46,468 nucleotides of DNA from an uncultured Eubacteriales bacterium (GTDB taxonomy: Bacteria > Bacillota > Clostridia > Oscillospirales > Oscillospiraceae). Below, piece after piece: positions 25,135-34,333 of this stretch (within the stretch, counting starts at the first letter, position 1; every line of letters starts with the position of its first letter). The stretch is taken from contig UQXG01000001.1 in NCBI GenBank assembly GCA_900544945.1, positions 1 to 46,468 on the forward strand. Direction: 5' to 3'. The translations under genes and the position numbers were made by a program. The notes under the pieces were generated by a model. That model was not told where the DNA came from, did not search any database, and worked only from the letters and a program-made list of their open reading frames with translations.

Positions 25135-26295
25135 TCACGGATTTGTGAACTTTGACTGGAAGAATACCCGCTCCTTCCCGTTTCCTCCGGGAGCCCCTGG
25201 GGCATCCGTCTGAAATAGGGGATAGAGATTCTCCCACCGGCGTTCCAGGTCTTGGAAAGGATGGTCTATGGGCTGTCCGGCGTTGCGGAAAAAGCCCTCC
25301 TTTTTGACGCTTTTCAGGATTTCCCGACCCCGGTCATTAAAGGCCAGAATCCGGACATAGGGAATTTCCATTGCCATCTGCGCCTGAGAAATGCCGAGAA
25401 AGGCACACAGAATCATCCGGTCAATCCGGGTGCGGGTGTAGCGTTTGGACTTAACGGCGGCGGCCACGGCCTCCAGGCTGGCTTCCTGTAGGACGGCGTG
25501 CATGAGCTTTCGCCAAAGTCCCTCACTGCCGAAGGGCAAAGCTTCAAATTCCGCTTCCGTCATGGTTCGAAGCCGATAGAGCACCGCACGCTCACCGGAC
25601 AGCAGGGCGTGCTTGGGCGCGTTTTCAAAGCACCGGGCGGCTTCCTGGGGAAGGTAGGGGGCAATGTTTGTCCCTTGTTCCAGACAAAGGCGCAGGGAAG
25701 AAGCGGAAGGATTTTCGGCATCCGGGGTCTGGGCGTGGTAGCTGCCCTCCCGCCGGATAGGCAGGGGGCGCATGGGAGAATGCTGGGCGAGGATAGCCTT
25801 GCAATATTCCACCGCCAGAATGTTGTTGGGACTTTCCAGCAGGGAACCGGACAGACCCATGGCCTCCAGCGCACCCTGACGGGCGGCGGGGAAGGACTTG
25901 CCGGTTGCCAGCTGCTCCCGGAGTCGGGGAGGGAAGTCCTCGCGCAGAAGTGCCTGGGCGGCGGCAAGCAGTTCTTCGGAGTCCGGGGTTTCCGCCCCAA
26001 AGCACAGTCCGTCACACAGCCGGGAGAGAATGGACACGCCGCCGGCGGCAAATCCCTCCGCCGAGGAAAGGGCTGAAGGCACGGGCAGCTCCACCACCAG
26101 GTCGGCTCCGCAGCGGACGGCGGCCTCCGCCCGGCGCATTTTATCGAAAATCGCCGGATGTCCCCGCTGGACGAAATTGCCGCTCATGGCGCACACCACA
26201 CCGGTATCCGCACCGAAATCCTCCCGAATGCGGACAATTTGCTTCCGATGTCCCAGGTGAAAGGGGTTATATTCACAGATAATTCCCACATTCAT
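25135..26295 (-). CDS. tmcAL: tRNA(Met) cytidine acetate ligase (YlbM/HIGH nucleotidyltransferase)
   Basis: GIICEYNPFHLGH, MSGNFVQRG, PNNILAVEY and KSKRYTRTRIDR. Confidence 0.88.
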   Translation of the reverse strand: MNVGIICEYNPFHLGHRKQIVRIREDFGADTGVVCAMSGNFVQRGHPAIFDKMRRAEAAVRCGADLVVELPVPSALSSAEGFAAGGVSILSRLCDGLCFGAETPDSEELLAAAQALLREDFPPRLREQLATGKSFPAARQGALEAMGLSGSLLESPNNILAVEYCKAILAQHSPMRPLPIRREGSYHAQTPDAENPSASSLRLCLEQGTNIAPYLPQEAARCFENAPKHALLSGERAVLYRLRTMTEAEFEALPFGSEGLWRKLMHAVLQEASLEAVAAAVKSKRYTRTRIDRMILCAFLGISQAQMAMEIPYVRILAFNDRGREILKSVKKEGFFRNAGQPIDHPFQDLERRWENLYPLFQTDAPGAPGGNGKERVFFQSKFTNP

Positions 26296-26335
26296 GGAAA
26301 TTTTTCCTCCTTCGCGAAATTTTTCCGTTTAGGGC

Positions 26336-26364
26336 TTGAGAAATTCGGAAAAATGCAATATAAT
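26336..26364 (+). promoter_or_regulatory. sigmaA-type promoter for ackA
   Basis: TTGAGA-17 nt-TATAAT. Confidence 0.7.
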
Positions 26365-26434
26365 ACTGGTAGCTATGGCTATCATATCATAAAGTCCCCA
26401 ACAAGGAAACAAAAAATTTAGGAGGCAGATTCCC

Positions 26435-27628
26435 ATGAACATTCTGATTATCAATGCCGGTTCCTCCAGCCTGAAGTATCAGCTGATGGATCCCGATACC
26501 GGTGTGGTGTCCGCAAAGGGTCTGTGCGAGCGTATTTACATCGACGGCCGTCTGACCCACAAGACCGGCGACAAGAAGGTCACCAAGGACATCCCCATGC
26601 CCACCCATTCCGAAGCCATCGCCGCGGTTCTGGACATTCTGGTTGACCCTGAGTACGGCGTCATCAAGTCCGTGGACGAGATTGATGCCGTGGGCCACCG
26701 TGTGCTCCATGGCGGTATGGAGTTCTCCGACTCCTGCATTATTGATGACCAGGTTATCAAGGCCATCGAGAAGTGCATTCCCCTGGGCCCCCTGCACAAC
26801 CCCGCCAACCTGATGGGCATCCGTGCCTGCCAGGCGGTCATGCCCAAGACTCCCCAGGTTGCCGTGTTCGACACCGCTTTCCACATGACCATGCCCCCCA
26901 AGGCTTATCGGTACGCCATTCCCAAGGAGTACTATGAGAATGACGACATCCGCCGCTACGGCTTCCATGGCACCTCCCACAAGTATGTGGCCAAGCGTAC
27001 CGCGGAGCTCATCGGTAAGAAGAACTTCAAGATGGTCAACTGCCACCTGGGCAACGGTTCTTCTCTGTCCGCCATCAAGGACGGCAAGTGCATGGATACC
27101 TCTATGGGTCTGAGCCCTCTGGCCGGTGTCCCCATGGGCACCCGTTCCGGCGACATCGATGCCTGCGTGGTGCAGTTCATCTGCAATAAGTACAACATGA
27201 GCGTGGACGACTGCCTGACCATGCTGAACAAGAAGTCCGGTATGCTGGCTCTGTCCGGCGTGTCCTCCGACTTCCGTGACCTGGGCGACGGCGCCGCTAA
27301 GGGCAACGAGGACTGCGTCCTGGCTCTGGACAAGTTCGCTTACGAGGTTGCCAAGTATGTGGGTGCTTACGCTGCCGCACTGAACGGCATTGACGTGCTG
27401 ACTTTCACCGCCGGTGTGGGTGAGAACGACTGCGATGTCCGGGCGATGGTCTGCGACTACCTGGGCTTCATGGGTGTGAAGCTGGATCCCGAGCTGAACA
27501 AGACCCGTGGCAAGGAGATGGTCATCTCTACTCCCGACTCCAAGGTTCAGGTCTGGGTGGTTCCCACCAACGAAGAGCTGATGATCGCTCAGGATACCGC
27601 CGAGCTGGTCAAGGCTGCTGCCAAGTAA
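26435..27628 (+). CDS. ackA: Acetate kinase
   Basis: INAGSSSLKY, GHRVLHGG, PLHNPAN, FDTAFH, YGFHGTSH and PTNEE. Confidence 0.98.
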   Translation: MNILIINAGSSSLKYQLMDPDTGVVSAKGLCERIYIDGRLTHKTGDKKVTKDIPMPTHSEAIAAVLDILVDPEYGVIKSVDEIDAVGHRVLHGGMEFSDSCIIDDQVIKAIEKCIPLGPLHNPANLMGIRACQAVMPKTPQVAVFDTAFHMTMPPKAYRYAIPKEYYENDDIRRYGFHGTSHKYVAKRTAELIGKKNFKMVNCHLGNGSSLSAIKDGKCMDTSMGLSPLAGVPMGTRSGDIDACVVQFICNKYNMSVDDCLTMLNKKSGMLALSGVSSDFRDLGDGAAKGNEDCVLALDKFAYEVAKYVGAYAAALNGIDVLTFTAGVGENDCDVRAMVCDYLGFMGVKLDPELNKTRGKEMVISTPDSKVQVWVVPTNEELMIAQDTAELVKAAAK

Positions 27629-27645
27629 CTTTACGTTTATTCAGG

Positions 27646-27675
27646 AAAGCCGCCGCGGAAACCGCGGCGGCTTTT
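27646..27675 (+). terminator. Intrinsic terminator after ackA
   Basis: AAAGCCGCCGCGG-aaa-CCGCGGCGGCTTTT. Confidence 0.8.
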
Positions 27676-27696
27676 GCATCAAAAGGAGGAATCCCA

Positions 27697-28904
27697 ATGG
27701 AACCGGTCGTAGAGCGTTTTTTGCGCTATGTTTCCTTTGACACCCAGTCCGACGAACATTCCGACAGCTGCCCCTCCACAGACAAGCAGAAGCTGTTGGG
27801 AGCCGCGCTGGTGACGGAAATGCGGGAAATGGGAATCGGCGATGCCCGGATGGACGAGCAGGGCTATGTCTACGGCAGCATTCCCGGCGACCCGGACTTG
27901 CCCGCCATCGGGCTTATTGCCCACATGGACACCTCACCGGATGCCAGCGGCGCTAATATCCGGCCCCGGATTATGGAGTACACCGGCGAGGATCTGTGCC
28001 TGAACGCCGAAAAAGGAATCTACCTTCGGGAAAGTGACTATCCGGCTCTTCGGAATCATGTGGGCAAGCACCTGATCGTCACCGACGGCACCACCCTGCT
28101 GGGGGCGGACGACAAGGCGGGCATTGCCGAAATCCTCACTGCGGCGGAAGAAATTCTTTGCCGTGGCGAACGGCACGCAACCGTGAAAATCGCGTTACCC
28201 CGGACGAGGAAATCGGCCGCGGCGCAGACGGCTTTGACGTGGCCGGGTTTGGCGCGGATTACGCCTATACCGCAGACGGCGGTCCGGTGGGGGAGATCGA
28301 GTACGAGAATTTCAACGCTGCCAGTGCCGAGGTGACTTTCACCGGACGGAACATCCATCCGGGCTCGGCGAAAAACGCCATGGTGAATTCTCAGTATCTG
28401 GCCATGGAGTTCCAAAGCCTGCTGCCCGTCCATCAGCGGCCTGAAGCCACAGAAGGATATGAGGGATTCTTCCATCTGACGGAAATGTCCGGCACCGTGG
28501 AGGAAAGTCACCTTCACTATATCATCCGGGATCATGACTGGGCGAAATTCACCGAAAAGAAGGCAATGATGGAGGCCGCTGCGGACTTCCTGAGTGCCAA
28601 ATACGGCAAGGGTACGGTTCAGCTGACCATCCGGGACAGCTATTATAACATGCGTAGCCGGATTGAGCCGGTGATGTTCATTGTGGAGCGGGCGAAGAAC
28701 GCCATGGCGGCGGTGGGGATGATTCCCAGAGAGGTTCCCATTCGGGGCGGCACCGATGGGGCGCGGCTTAGCTTTCTGGGTCTGCCTTGCCCCAACCTGT
28801 GCACCGGTGGGGAAAACTATCACGGTCGGTTTGAGTATATTCCGGTGGAGGATATGACACTTTGTGTGAAAATGCTGGTGAAAATCCTTACAAACTTTGA
28901 ATAA
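27697..28904 (+). pseudogene. pepT: Peptidase T, frameshifted (1-bp deletion or sequencing error at ~28195)
   Basis: The 5' frame has AHMDT and GADDKAG. The 3' frame has TPDEEIG, HPG.AK, IRGGTDG and NYHG. The junction ATC GCG TT ACC CCG GAC lacks one base of the Phe codon in IAFTPDEE. Confidence 0.88.
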
Positions 28905-28908
28905 ACGC

Positions 28909-28943
28909 AAAAAACCGGAGCGGCTATGCCACTCCGGTTTTTT
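28909..28943. terminator. Bidirectional intrinsic terminator
   Basis: AAAAAACCGGAGCGGC-tat-GCCACTCCGGTTTTTT between convergent genes. Confidence 0.85.
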
Positions 28944-28950
28944 CGGTTGT

Positions 28951-29262
28951 TCATTCGGCGAAATCTGCCTCTTCGGCCACAGGCTCGTGGGGAGCGGGAG
29001 CCTCGGCGGCGGGCTTGTCCTCAGCAGGAGCCTCAGCAGCGGGAGCTTCCACAGGAACCTCCACGGCGGCAGGCTCTTCGGCGGTCTCCTCAGGAGCCGC
29101 GGTGTCCGGCTCTTCCTCACAGGCAGGGCACTTGGGCAGGGAAGCCAGAACCCGCTTGGCCCAGGCGGTAATCTGCTCACCGTAGGTGGCAACAACATAG
29201 ACGGCACCGGCTACGGCAGCCAGGGCAGCCAGAATCTTAACGATGGTATTCAGCGTTTTCAT
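28951..29262 (-). CDS. Small membrane-anchored protein with CxxC and acidic Pro/Ala/Glu tail
   Basis: GGAGG SD, N-terminal TM, CPAC and EAPAAE repeats. Promoter TTGCTT-17-TATAAT at 29323-29295. Confidence 0.8.
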   Translation of the reverse strand: MKTLNTIVKILAALAAVAGAVYVVATYGEQITAWAKRVLASLPKCPACEEEPDTAAPEETAEEPAAVEVPVEAPAAEAPAEDKPAAEAPAPHEPVAEEADFAE

Positions 29263-29367
29263 ATGGCACAACCTCCATAATGTAATCTCCCTATATTATA
29301 ACCGGCATAGGGGGAAAAAGCAAGAAAGAAAATAGAACAATTTGTAAATTAACGGGCACGGTCTGCC

Positions 29368-30165
29368 TTAAACATAACCGTACATGCCCCGGACGCTGAC
29401 TTCCCCGGAGTTGACGGCTTCGGTGTGCCCGTCCGGGAAGCGGACGACCAGAGCACCGTCTTCATCGATGTCCTGGGCAAGGCCATGCCGAACCTCCTCA
29501 CCCCGCACCAGAGAAACCTCTTGCCCCAGGGTGATGCAGTCACGTCGGTACCGGGTCATGATCTGAGCCTTGCGGGGCAGAAGATCGGCGCTCATCCGGT
29601 GGAGGGCTTCCAGCTCGGCAGCTGCCAGACGGGCCCGGTCAACGGGAGCGCCGGTGACCATGGCAAGAGAACCGGCAACTGTGCGAATTTCTTCCGGAAA
29701 ATCGGCTTCCCGCTGACAGCAGTTGATGCCGATGCCGATAATGGCGTAGTCCACATTCCCATTTTTATCCAGCCGAAGCTCCGTTAGGATGCCCCCCAGC
29801 TTCCGCCGGTCGGAAACCAGATCGTTTGTCCACTTGATGCCCGGGCGGAACCCGGCGGCTTTTTCGATGGCATCACACATGGCAACGCCCACGGCGCAGG
29901 TCAGGTGCATAAGATCGGCAGGAGGGCACTCCGGGCGCAGGAGCATACTCAGGTAAATGCCCACCCCCGGTGGTGACAGGAAGCTCCGTCCCCGGCGGCC
30001 GTGGCCTCCGGTCTGGTGGTCGGTAATCACCGCCGTACCGTGGGGGGCACCCTGGGCGGCCAGAATTTTCAGCTGGTCGTTGGTGGAGTCCACCTCCGGC
30101 AGATAGTGAACCCGATCCCGCCAAGGGTATTCGGGGGAGAGCGCGTTCAAAATTCCTTGTTCCAT
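29368..30165 (-). CDS. birA: Biotin-protein ligase (no HTH)
   Basis: VDSTN, QTGGHGRRGRSF, IKWTND, KLGGIL, GIGIN and SGEVS. Confidence 0.95.
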   Translation of the reverse strand: MEQGILNALSPEYPWRDRVHYLPEVDSTNDQLKILAAQGAPHGTAVITDHQTGGHGRRGRSFLSPPGVGIYLSMLLRPECPPADLMHLTCAVGVAMCDAIEKAAGFRPGIKWTNDLVSDRRKLGGILTELRLDKNGNVDYAIIGIGINCCQREADFPEEIRTVAGSLAMVTGAPVDRARLAAAELEALHRMSADLLPRKAQIMTRYRRDCITLGQEVSLVRGEEVRHGLAQDIDEDGALVVRFPDGHTEAVNSGEVSVRGMYGYV

Positions 30166-30166
30166 A

Positions 30167-31582
30167 TCAGTCGATGTCCTTCAGAACTTCCTCCGGCGGG
30201 CGATCCAGAATTTCCGGGTGAGCCAGAATCCGCTTGTAGTGCTTGAAGAAGGCGGCATAGTAATAGCCGTCCACAATCCGCTCGTCCAGGGTAAACTTCA
30301 CATCCACATATTTGCGCTGTACTACGCTGCCGTCCTCGGTGATTTCGTAGGCTCGCCGCTTCATGCCGAAGGCACCGAATACCGGCAGGTTGCCGAAGTC
30401 ATACAGGTGGTGGTAAACGGGCGGAATGCCAAGACTGCCCATGGAGGTGAAGAACAGGCTTCCGTGGAAGGGGCTGACCTCCAGCAGAAAGCCGGGGAGC
30501 AGGCCAAAGTAATCCAGGGTTTTCAGAAGCCATACCGCGAATTTCAGAAACACTCCGGGAATCAGGGTCAGTGCTCCGGCGGTGGCATCGAAGTCGCTGT
30601 CCAGAGAGGACGTGTTTTTTACACTGTCAACGGCTGCCTGGTACTTGTTGTAAACGTCCTGGGCGGTATCCGTGGGCTTCAGGTGCACTTTAATCACCGT
30701 GTCCGGGGAATCCGCCCGCATTTCCTTTTTAATGGTCATGCAGTACTGAATGTCATCTCCCCGGGAGTAGACCTTCTGGCCGGAAATGAACCGGTTCAGC
30801 CCGGGAAACCGGCACAGAGAGCGAACGTAGCAGGCCAGCAGCACATGGGTAATGCCGAAGCTGGTCAGGCCTTCCCGCCGCTTCTGACGGATGTAGCGGT
30901 CAATCTGGCTGATTTCAATGGAATCGGAGAACAGATTGTCCGAGGTGTTCCGGGTGACCATGATGTAGGGGGAAACCTGAGCCATGGCAGGCAGGGTGCG
31001 GATTCTTCTTCCATCGGGTCGATCGCCCCAGGTGGGGTGATATTCCTCGGCAGGATGAACCCGGACGGCAAGACATGTGAGAATTACGCCGGTCAGTGCC
31101 AGAAAATCCGCGGCGCAGTCCTTGTAGGCTTCCAGATCACCGGACAGAATCCCTCTGCGGTAGAAGTACAGCAGAATACCCATGGGAACGCAGACCATCG
31201 GCAGCAGGAAGAACAGCCCCCGGTGTCCGGCGGTGATGTCCGTGTAGCTCACGGCAAAGAAAATCAGCGCCACCCAGAACAGCCAGGTCATCATTCTGCC
31301 GCTGACATTGCCGGAGATCCAAAGCCCGGCGTAGAGGCACATCATCCAGACGGGAATGGCGGTTTTGTAGAACTGGTTTTCACCGTTCAGAAGAGCGATG
31401 AGCGCAAACAGCGTGGTAGCCCCGATTGGCAGAACGATTTGACACCACACGAAGCTGCCATCCCCGGGTCCTTTCAAACCGGAGAAAGCAATGCGGGTCA
31501 CTGCCGAGGCTGCCATGCACAGCGTCATCAGCCAGATCAGCACGTTTTTACGGCTGACATACAAGTGCAGATTCTTTTTCAT
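30167..31582 (-). CDS. Membrane protein fused to a 2-oxoacid dehydrogenase E2-like acyltransferase core
   Basis: About six N-terminal TM helices, then RPDGRR, P.LNRF, FFTSMGSLG and DERIVDG. No lipoyl domain. Confidence 0.75.
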   Translation of the reverse strand: MKKNLHLYVSRKNVLIWLMTLCMAASAVTRIAFSGLKGPGDGSFVWCQIVLPIGATTLFALIALLNGENQFYKTAIPVWMMCLYAGLWISGNVSGRMMTWLFWVALIFFAVSYTDITAGHRGLFFLLPMVCVPMGILLYFYRRGILSGDLEAYKDCAADFLALTGVILTCLAVRVHPAEEYHPTWGDRPDGRRIRTLPAMAQVSPYIMVTRNTSDNLFSDSIEISQIDRYIRQKRREGLTSFGITHVLLACYVRSLCRFPGLNRFISGQKVYSRGDDIQYCMTIKKEMRADSPDTVIKVHLKPTDTAQDVYNKYQAAVDSVKNTSSLDSDFDATAGALTLIPGVFLKFAVWLLKTLDYFGLLPGFLLEVSPFHGSLFFTSMGSLGIPPVYHHLYDFGNLPVFGAFGMKRRAYEITEDGSVVQRKYVDVKFTLDERIVDGYYYAAFFKHYKRILAHPEILDRPPEEVLKDID

Positions 31583-31620
31583 ACACACATAATATATCAA
31601 AAAACGGGAAGAATTGCAAT

Positions 31621-31649
31621 AAAAAAAGCAGGGCGTGCCCTGCTTTTTT
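31621..31649. terminator. Intrinsic terminator after homocysteine methyltransferase gene
   Basis: AAAAAAAGCAGGGC-gt-GCCCTGCTTTTTT. Confidence 0.8.
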
Positions 31650-31655
31650 GAAGGC

Positions 31656-32522
31656 TTATAGGTTGGCAATGGCGGCCATATATTCAGGCGTAGTGCCGCA
31701 GCAGCCGCCGAGCATGGTGGCTCCGTTTTCCTTGCACTTTGCCATAATGTCCGCAAACTCCGCCGGAGTCTGGGAATAGACCGCCATGCCGTCGTCGCCG
31801 ATGGTGGGAATGCCTGCGTTTGGCTTGCAGATCAGGGGGATTTTCACGCAGCGGCGGAGTTTGGTCACAAGATAGGGGGTCATCATGTCCGCGCTGACAC
31901 AGTTGAAGCCCACGGCCACCGCCCCGGAATCCTCCAGAGATTTGAGAGCCGCTCCGGCATCCGCCCCGGAGAACAGGGAGCCGTCGGGCTGCATAGTGAA
32001 GGAATACATGGCGGCATCCGCCCCCTCCAGCTCGGCGGCGCAGAGAATGGCCTCCGCCTCCTGCTGATAGAGGAGCGTTTCGCCAATGAGTAAGTCCGCG
32101 CCGCCGGCGATCAGGCCGTGAATCTGGCGGCGATAGTTTTCCACCATCAGATCGAAGGCCTCTGCGTCCCAGCTGTCGCAGAAATTGGCAAGGGTCGTCA
32201 GATCTCCCGCAATCAGGCAGCCTGGGGCGGCAGACCGGGACAGGGCGACCAGAGCCTCGTTGATGGCTTCCGTCTGACCGTCCAGCCCAAAGCGCTTCAG
32301 GGCGATGGGCTGAGCCTGGAAGGTAGGGGCGTAGATAATCTGACAGCCTGCCTGGGCGTAGGCACGCTGGAGCGCCACCAGAGGCTCCGGATTGGCAAGA
32401 ATCCATTCCTCCGAGCAGCAGCCCTTGGGCATACCGGAATTTCGCAGATTGGAGCCGGTGGCACCGTCCAGAATGTGGACGCCTCCGGCAATCTTGTCTT
32501 GCAGCGCTTGCCTTGTCAGCAT
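31656..32522 (-). CDS. Homocysteine S-methyltransferase family protein (stand-alone)
   Basis: LDGATGS, GADLLIGET, GFNC, KPNAG and GGCCGT. True start ATG 32522 (MLTRQAL). Confidence 0.9.
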   Translation of the reverse strand: MLTRQALQDKIAGGVHILDGATGSNLRNSGMPKGCCSEEWILANPEPLVALQRAYAQAGCQIIYAPTFQAQPIALKRFGLDGQTEAINEALVALSRSAAPGCLIAGDLTTLANFCDSWDAEAFDLMVENYRRQIHGLIAGGADLLIGETLLYQQEAEAILCAAELEGADAAMYSFTMQPDGSLFSGADAGAALKSLEDSGAVAVGFNCVSADMMTPYLVTKLRRCVKIPLICKPNAGIPTIGDDGMAVYSQTPAEFADIMAKCKENGATMLGGCCGTTPEYMAAIANL

Positions 32523-32556
32523 GGTTATCCCTCGCAGTTCTAGTTTCTTAGGGCGT

Positions 32557-32619
32557 ATTATAAAGGAAACGGAAGGAAAATGCAAGTGCATTGACGATTT
32601 CGATTTTTTCTGGTAGGAT
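32557..32619. promoter_or_regulatory. Back-to-back sigmaA-type promoters
   Basis: Minus strand: TTGCAT-17-TATAAT (32585-32557). Plus strand: TTGACG-17-TAGGAT (32591-32619). Confidence 0.7.
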
Positions 32620-32648
32620 AAGGAAAATGGTAGGAAGGAGCCGGAAGT

Positions 32649-33872
32649 ATGAAAAAATCCGTATTGCAGGCCTATGCCCGGCTGATTGTCCGCTGCGGCG
32701 TGAATGTTCAGCCCGGCCAGGAGGTTATGATTTACGCGGGGCTCGACCAGCCGGAGTTTGTGGAGCTGGTTGTCAAAGAGGCCTACGCAGCCAAAGCCAA
32801 AAAGGTGATTGTGGAGTGGAGCTATCAGCCCTTGGAAAAGCTCCATCTGCGCCATCAGTCCCTGAAAACTCTGGGCACGGTGGAAGCCTGGGAGCGGGAG
32901 CGGCAGGAGCACATGTGTCAGGTGCTCCCGGCAAGAATTTATCTGGAATCCGACGACCCAGACGGCCTGAAGGGCATGAATCTGAATAAGGCCGCCAAGG
33001 CCAGACAATTGCGTTATCCCATTCTGAAGCCCTACCGGGATCGGCGGGAAAACCGGGATCAGTGGTGCATTGCGGCGGTGCCCGGAAAGAAGTGGGCGAA
33101 GAAGGTGTTTCCGGGACTTCGCACCAGCACGGCGGTGGAAAAGCTCTGGCAGGCCATCTTCAGTGCCTCCCGGGTGACGGAAGACCCCATTGCCGCATGG
33201 GAAGCCCACAACGCCGACCTGAAAGCCCGCTGCGCCTACCTGAACGGTCTGCATATTCGTTCTTTGCACTACCGGGCGGATAACGGCACCGATCTGACCG
33301 TGGAGATGATTCCCCAGGCCATCTGGTGCGGCGGCCGGGAGGACAGCCTCCAAGGCGTTTCCTTCAATCCGAACATTCCTTCCGAGGAATGCTTCATTTC
33401 CCCCATGCGGGGCAAGGCGGAGGGAATTGTGTATGCCACCAAGCCCCTGAGCTATCAGGGTCAGCTCATCGAGGACTTCTGGTTCCGTTTTGAAAAGGGG
33501 AAAGTGGTGAAGGCCGGAGCCCGGACGGGGGAGAACCTGCTGCAAACCATGATTGCCATGGACGAGGGTGCGGCTTACCTGGGCGAGTGCGCCCTGGTTC
33601 CCCAGCGCAGTCCCATCGCCGAAATGGGCTTTCTGTTCTATAACACTCTTTTTGACGAGAATGCTGCCTGTCATCTGGCGCTGGGCTGCGGCTTTGCCGA
33701 TACCATTGAAAATTTCCAGAACCGCTCGCTGGAGGAATGCCGGGAGCTGGGCGTCAATGACTCCATGATTCACGAGGATTTTATGATCGGCTGCGACAGC
33801 ATGGACATTGACGCCATTTGCGAAAACGGTCAGGTGATGCCGGTTTTCCGAAAGGGAAACTGGGCATTTTAA
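32649..33872 (+). CDS. M29 aminopeptidase (AmpS/PepS type)
   Basis: GVNVQPGQ, PNIPSEE, LGECALV, YNTLFDENAACHLALG and NDSMIHEDFMIG. Confidence 0.93.
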   Translation: MKKSVLQAYARLIVRCGVNVQPGQEVMIYAGLDQPEFVELVVKEAYAAKAKKVIVEWSYQPLEKLHLRHQSLKTLGTVEAWERERQEHMCQVLPARIYLESDDPDGLKGMNLNKAAKARQLRYPILKPYRDRRENRDQWCIAAVPGKKWAKKVFPGLRTSTAVEKLWQAIFSASRVTEDPIAAWEAHNADLKARCAYLNGLHIRSLHYRADNGTDLTVEMIPQAIWCGGREDSLQGVSFNPNIPSEECFISPMRGKAEGIVYATKPLSYQGQLIEDFWFRFEKGKVVKAGARTGENLLQTMIAMDEGAAYLGECALVPQRSPIAEMGFLFYNTLFDENAACHLALGCGFADTIENFQNRSLEECRELGVNDSMIHEDFMIGCDSMDIDAICENGQVMPVFRKGNWAF

Positions 33873-33910
33873 GAGGCCGACAACTTTTTTCAAAATTCCA
33901 AAAATAATGC

Positions 33911-33939
33911 TTGCATTCTTCCCGGCAATGTGATATGAT
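33911..33939 (+). promoter_or_regulatory. sigmaA-type promoter for rpmE
   Basis: TTGCAT-17 nt-TATGAT with extended TG. Confidence 0.7.
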
Positions 33940-34006
33940 ATCCGGGCGATTGAAGATTGCTTAGGGTGCTTTGTGCCCTTTAACTGATACGAAAGAGGTG
34001 AACGAA

Positions 34007-34207
34007 ATGAAGGAAGGTATCCATCCCAAGTACGAACAGACCACTATCCGCTGTGCCTGCGGCAATGTCTTTACGACCGGTTCTACCAAGAAGGACATTC
34101 GTGTTGAGATCTGCTCCAAGTGCCACCCTTTCTATACCGGCAAGCAGAAGCTGGTTGACACCGGTGGACGGGTTGATCGCTTCAACAAGCGTTTTGGCTT
34201 GAAGTAA
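34007..34207 (+). CDS. rpmE: 50S ribosomal protein L31 (Zn-binding type)
   Basis: [23 protein letters not shown] and GGRVDRF. Confidence 0.98.
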   Translation: MKEGIHPKYEQTTIRCACGNVFTTGSTKKDIRVEICSKCHPFYTGKQKLVDTGGRVDRFNKRFGLK

Positions 34208-34214
34208 GAGCAGA

Positions 34215-34257
34215 AAATTCCGCACTACGGATTCGTGGTGCGGATTTTTTGTTTTTT
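34215..34257 (+). terminator. Intrinsic terminator after rpmE
   Basis: TCCGCACTACG/CGTGGTGCGGA stem followed by a T-tract. Confidence 0.8.
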
Positions 34258-34333
34258 CTTGCGAAAAACAGTTGTCCCCGGGTGGGCGGATGTGCTATAC
34301 TAAACGATAATGAATGATGCTTCGGAGGAACCT

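Noticed and set aside
28189..28202. Programmed frameshift or phase variation in pepT
   Set aside because: No slippery sequence, repeat tract or homopolymer at the junction.
32523..33893. N-terminal ~455 aa of the 745-aa ORF 31656-33893, suggesting a giant methyltransferase fusion
   Set aside because: It is antisense to the aminopeptidase. The real gene starts at 32522 with its own promoter.
33946..34006. L31 leader ncRNA
   Set aside because: Only a short AGGGTGC/GTGCCCT stem is visible. It cannot be assigned without a covariance search.
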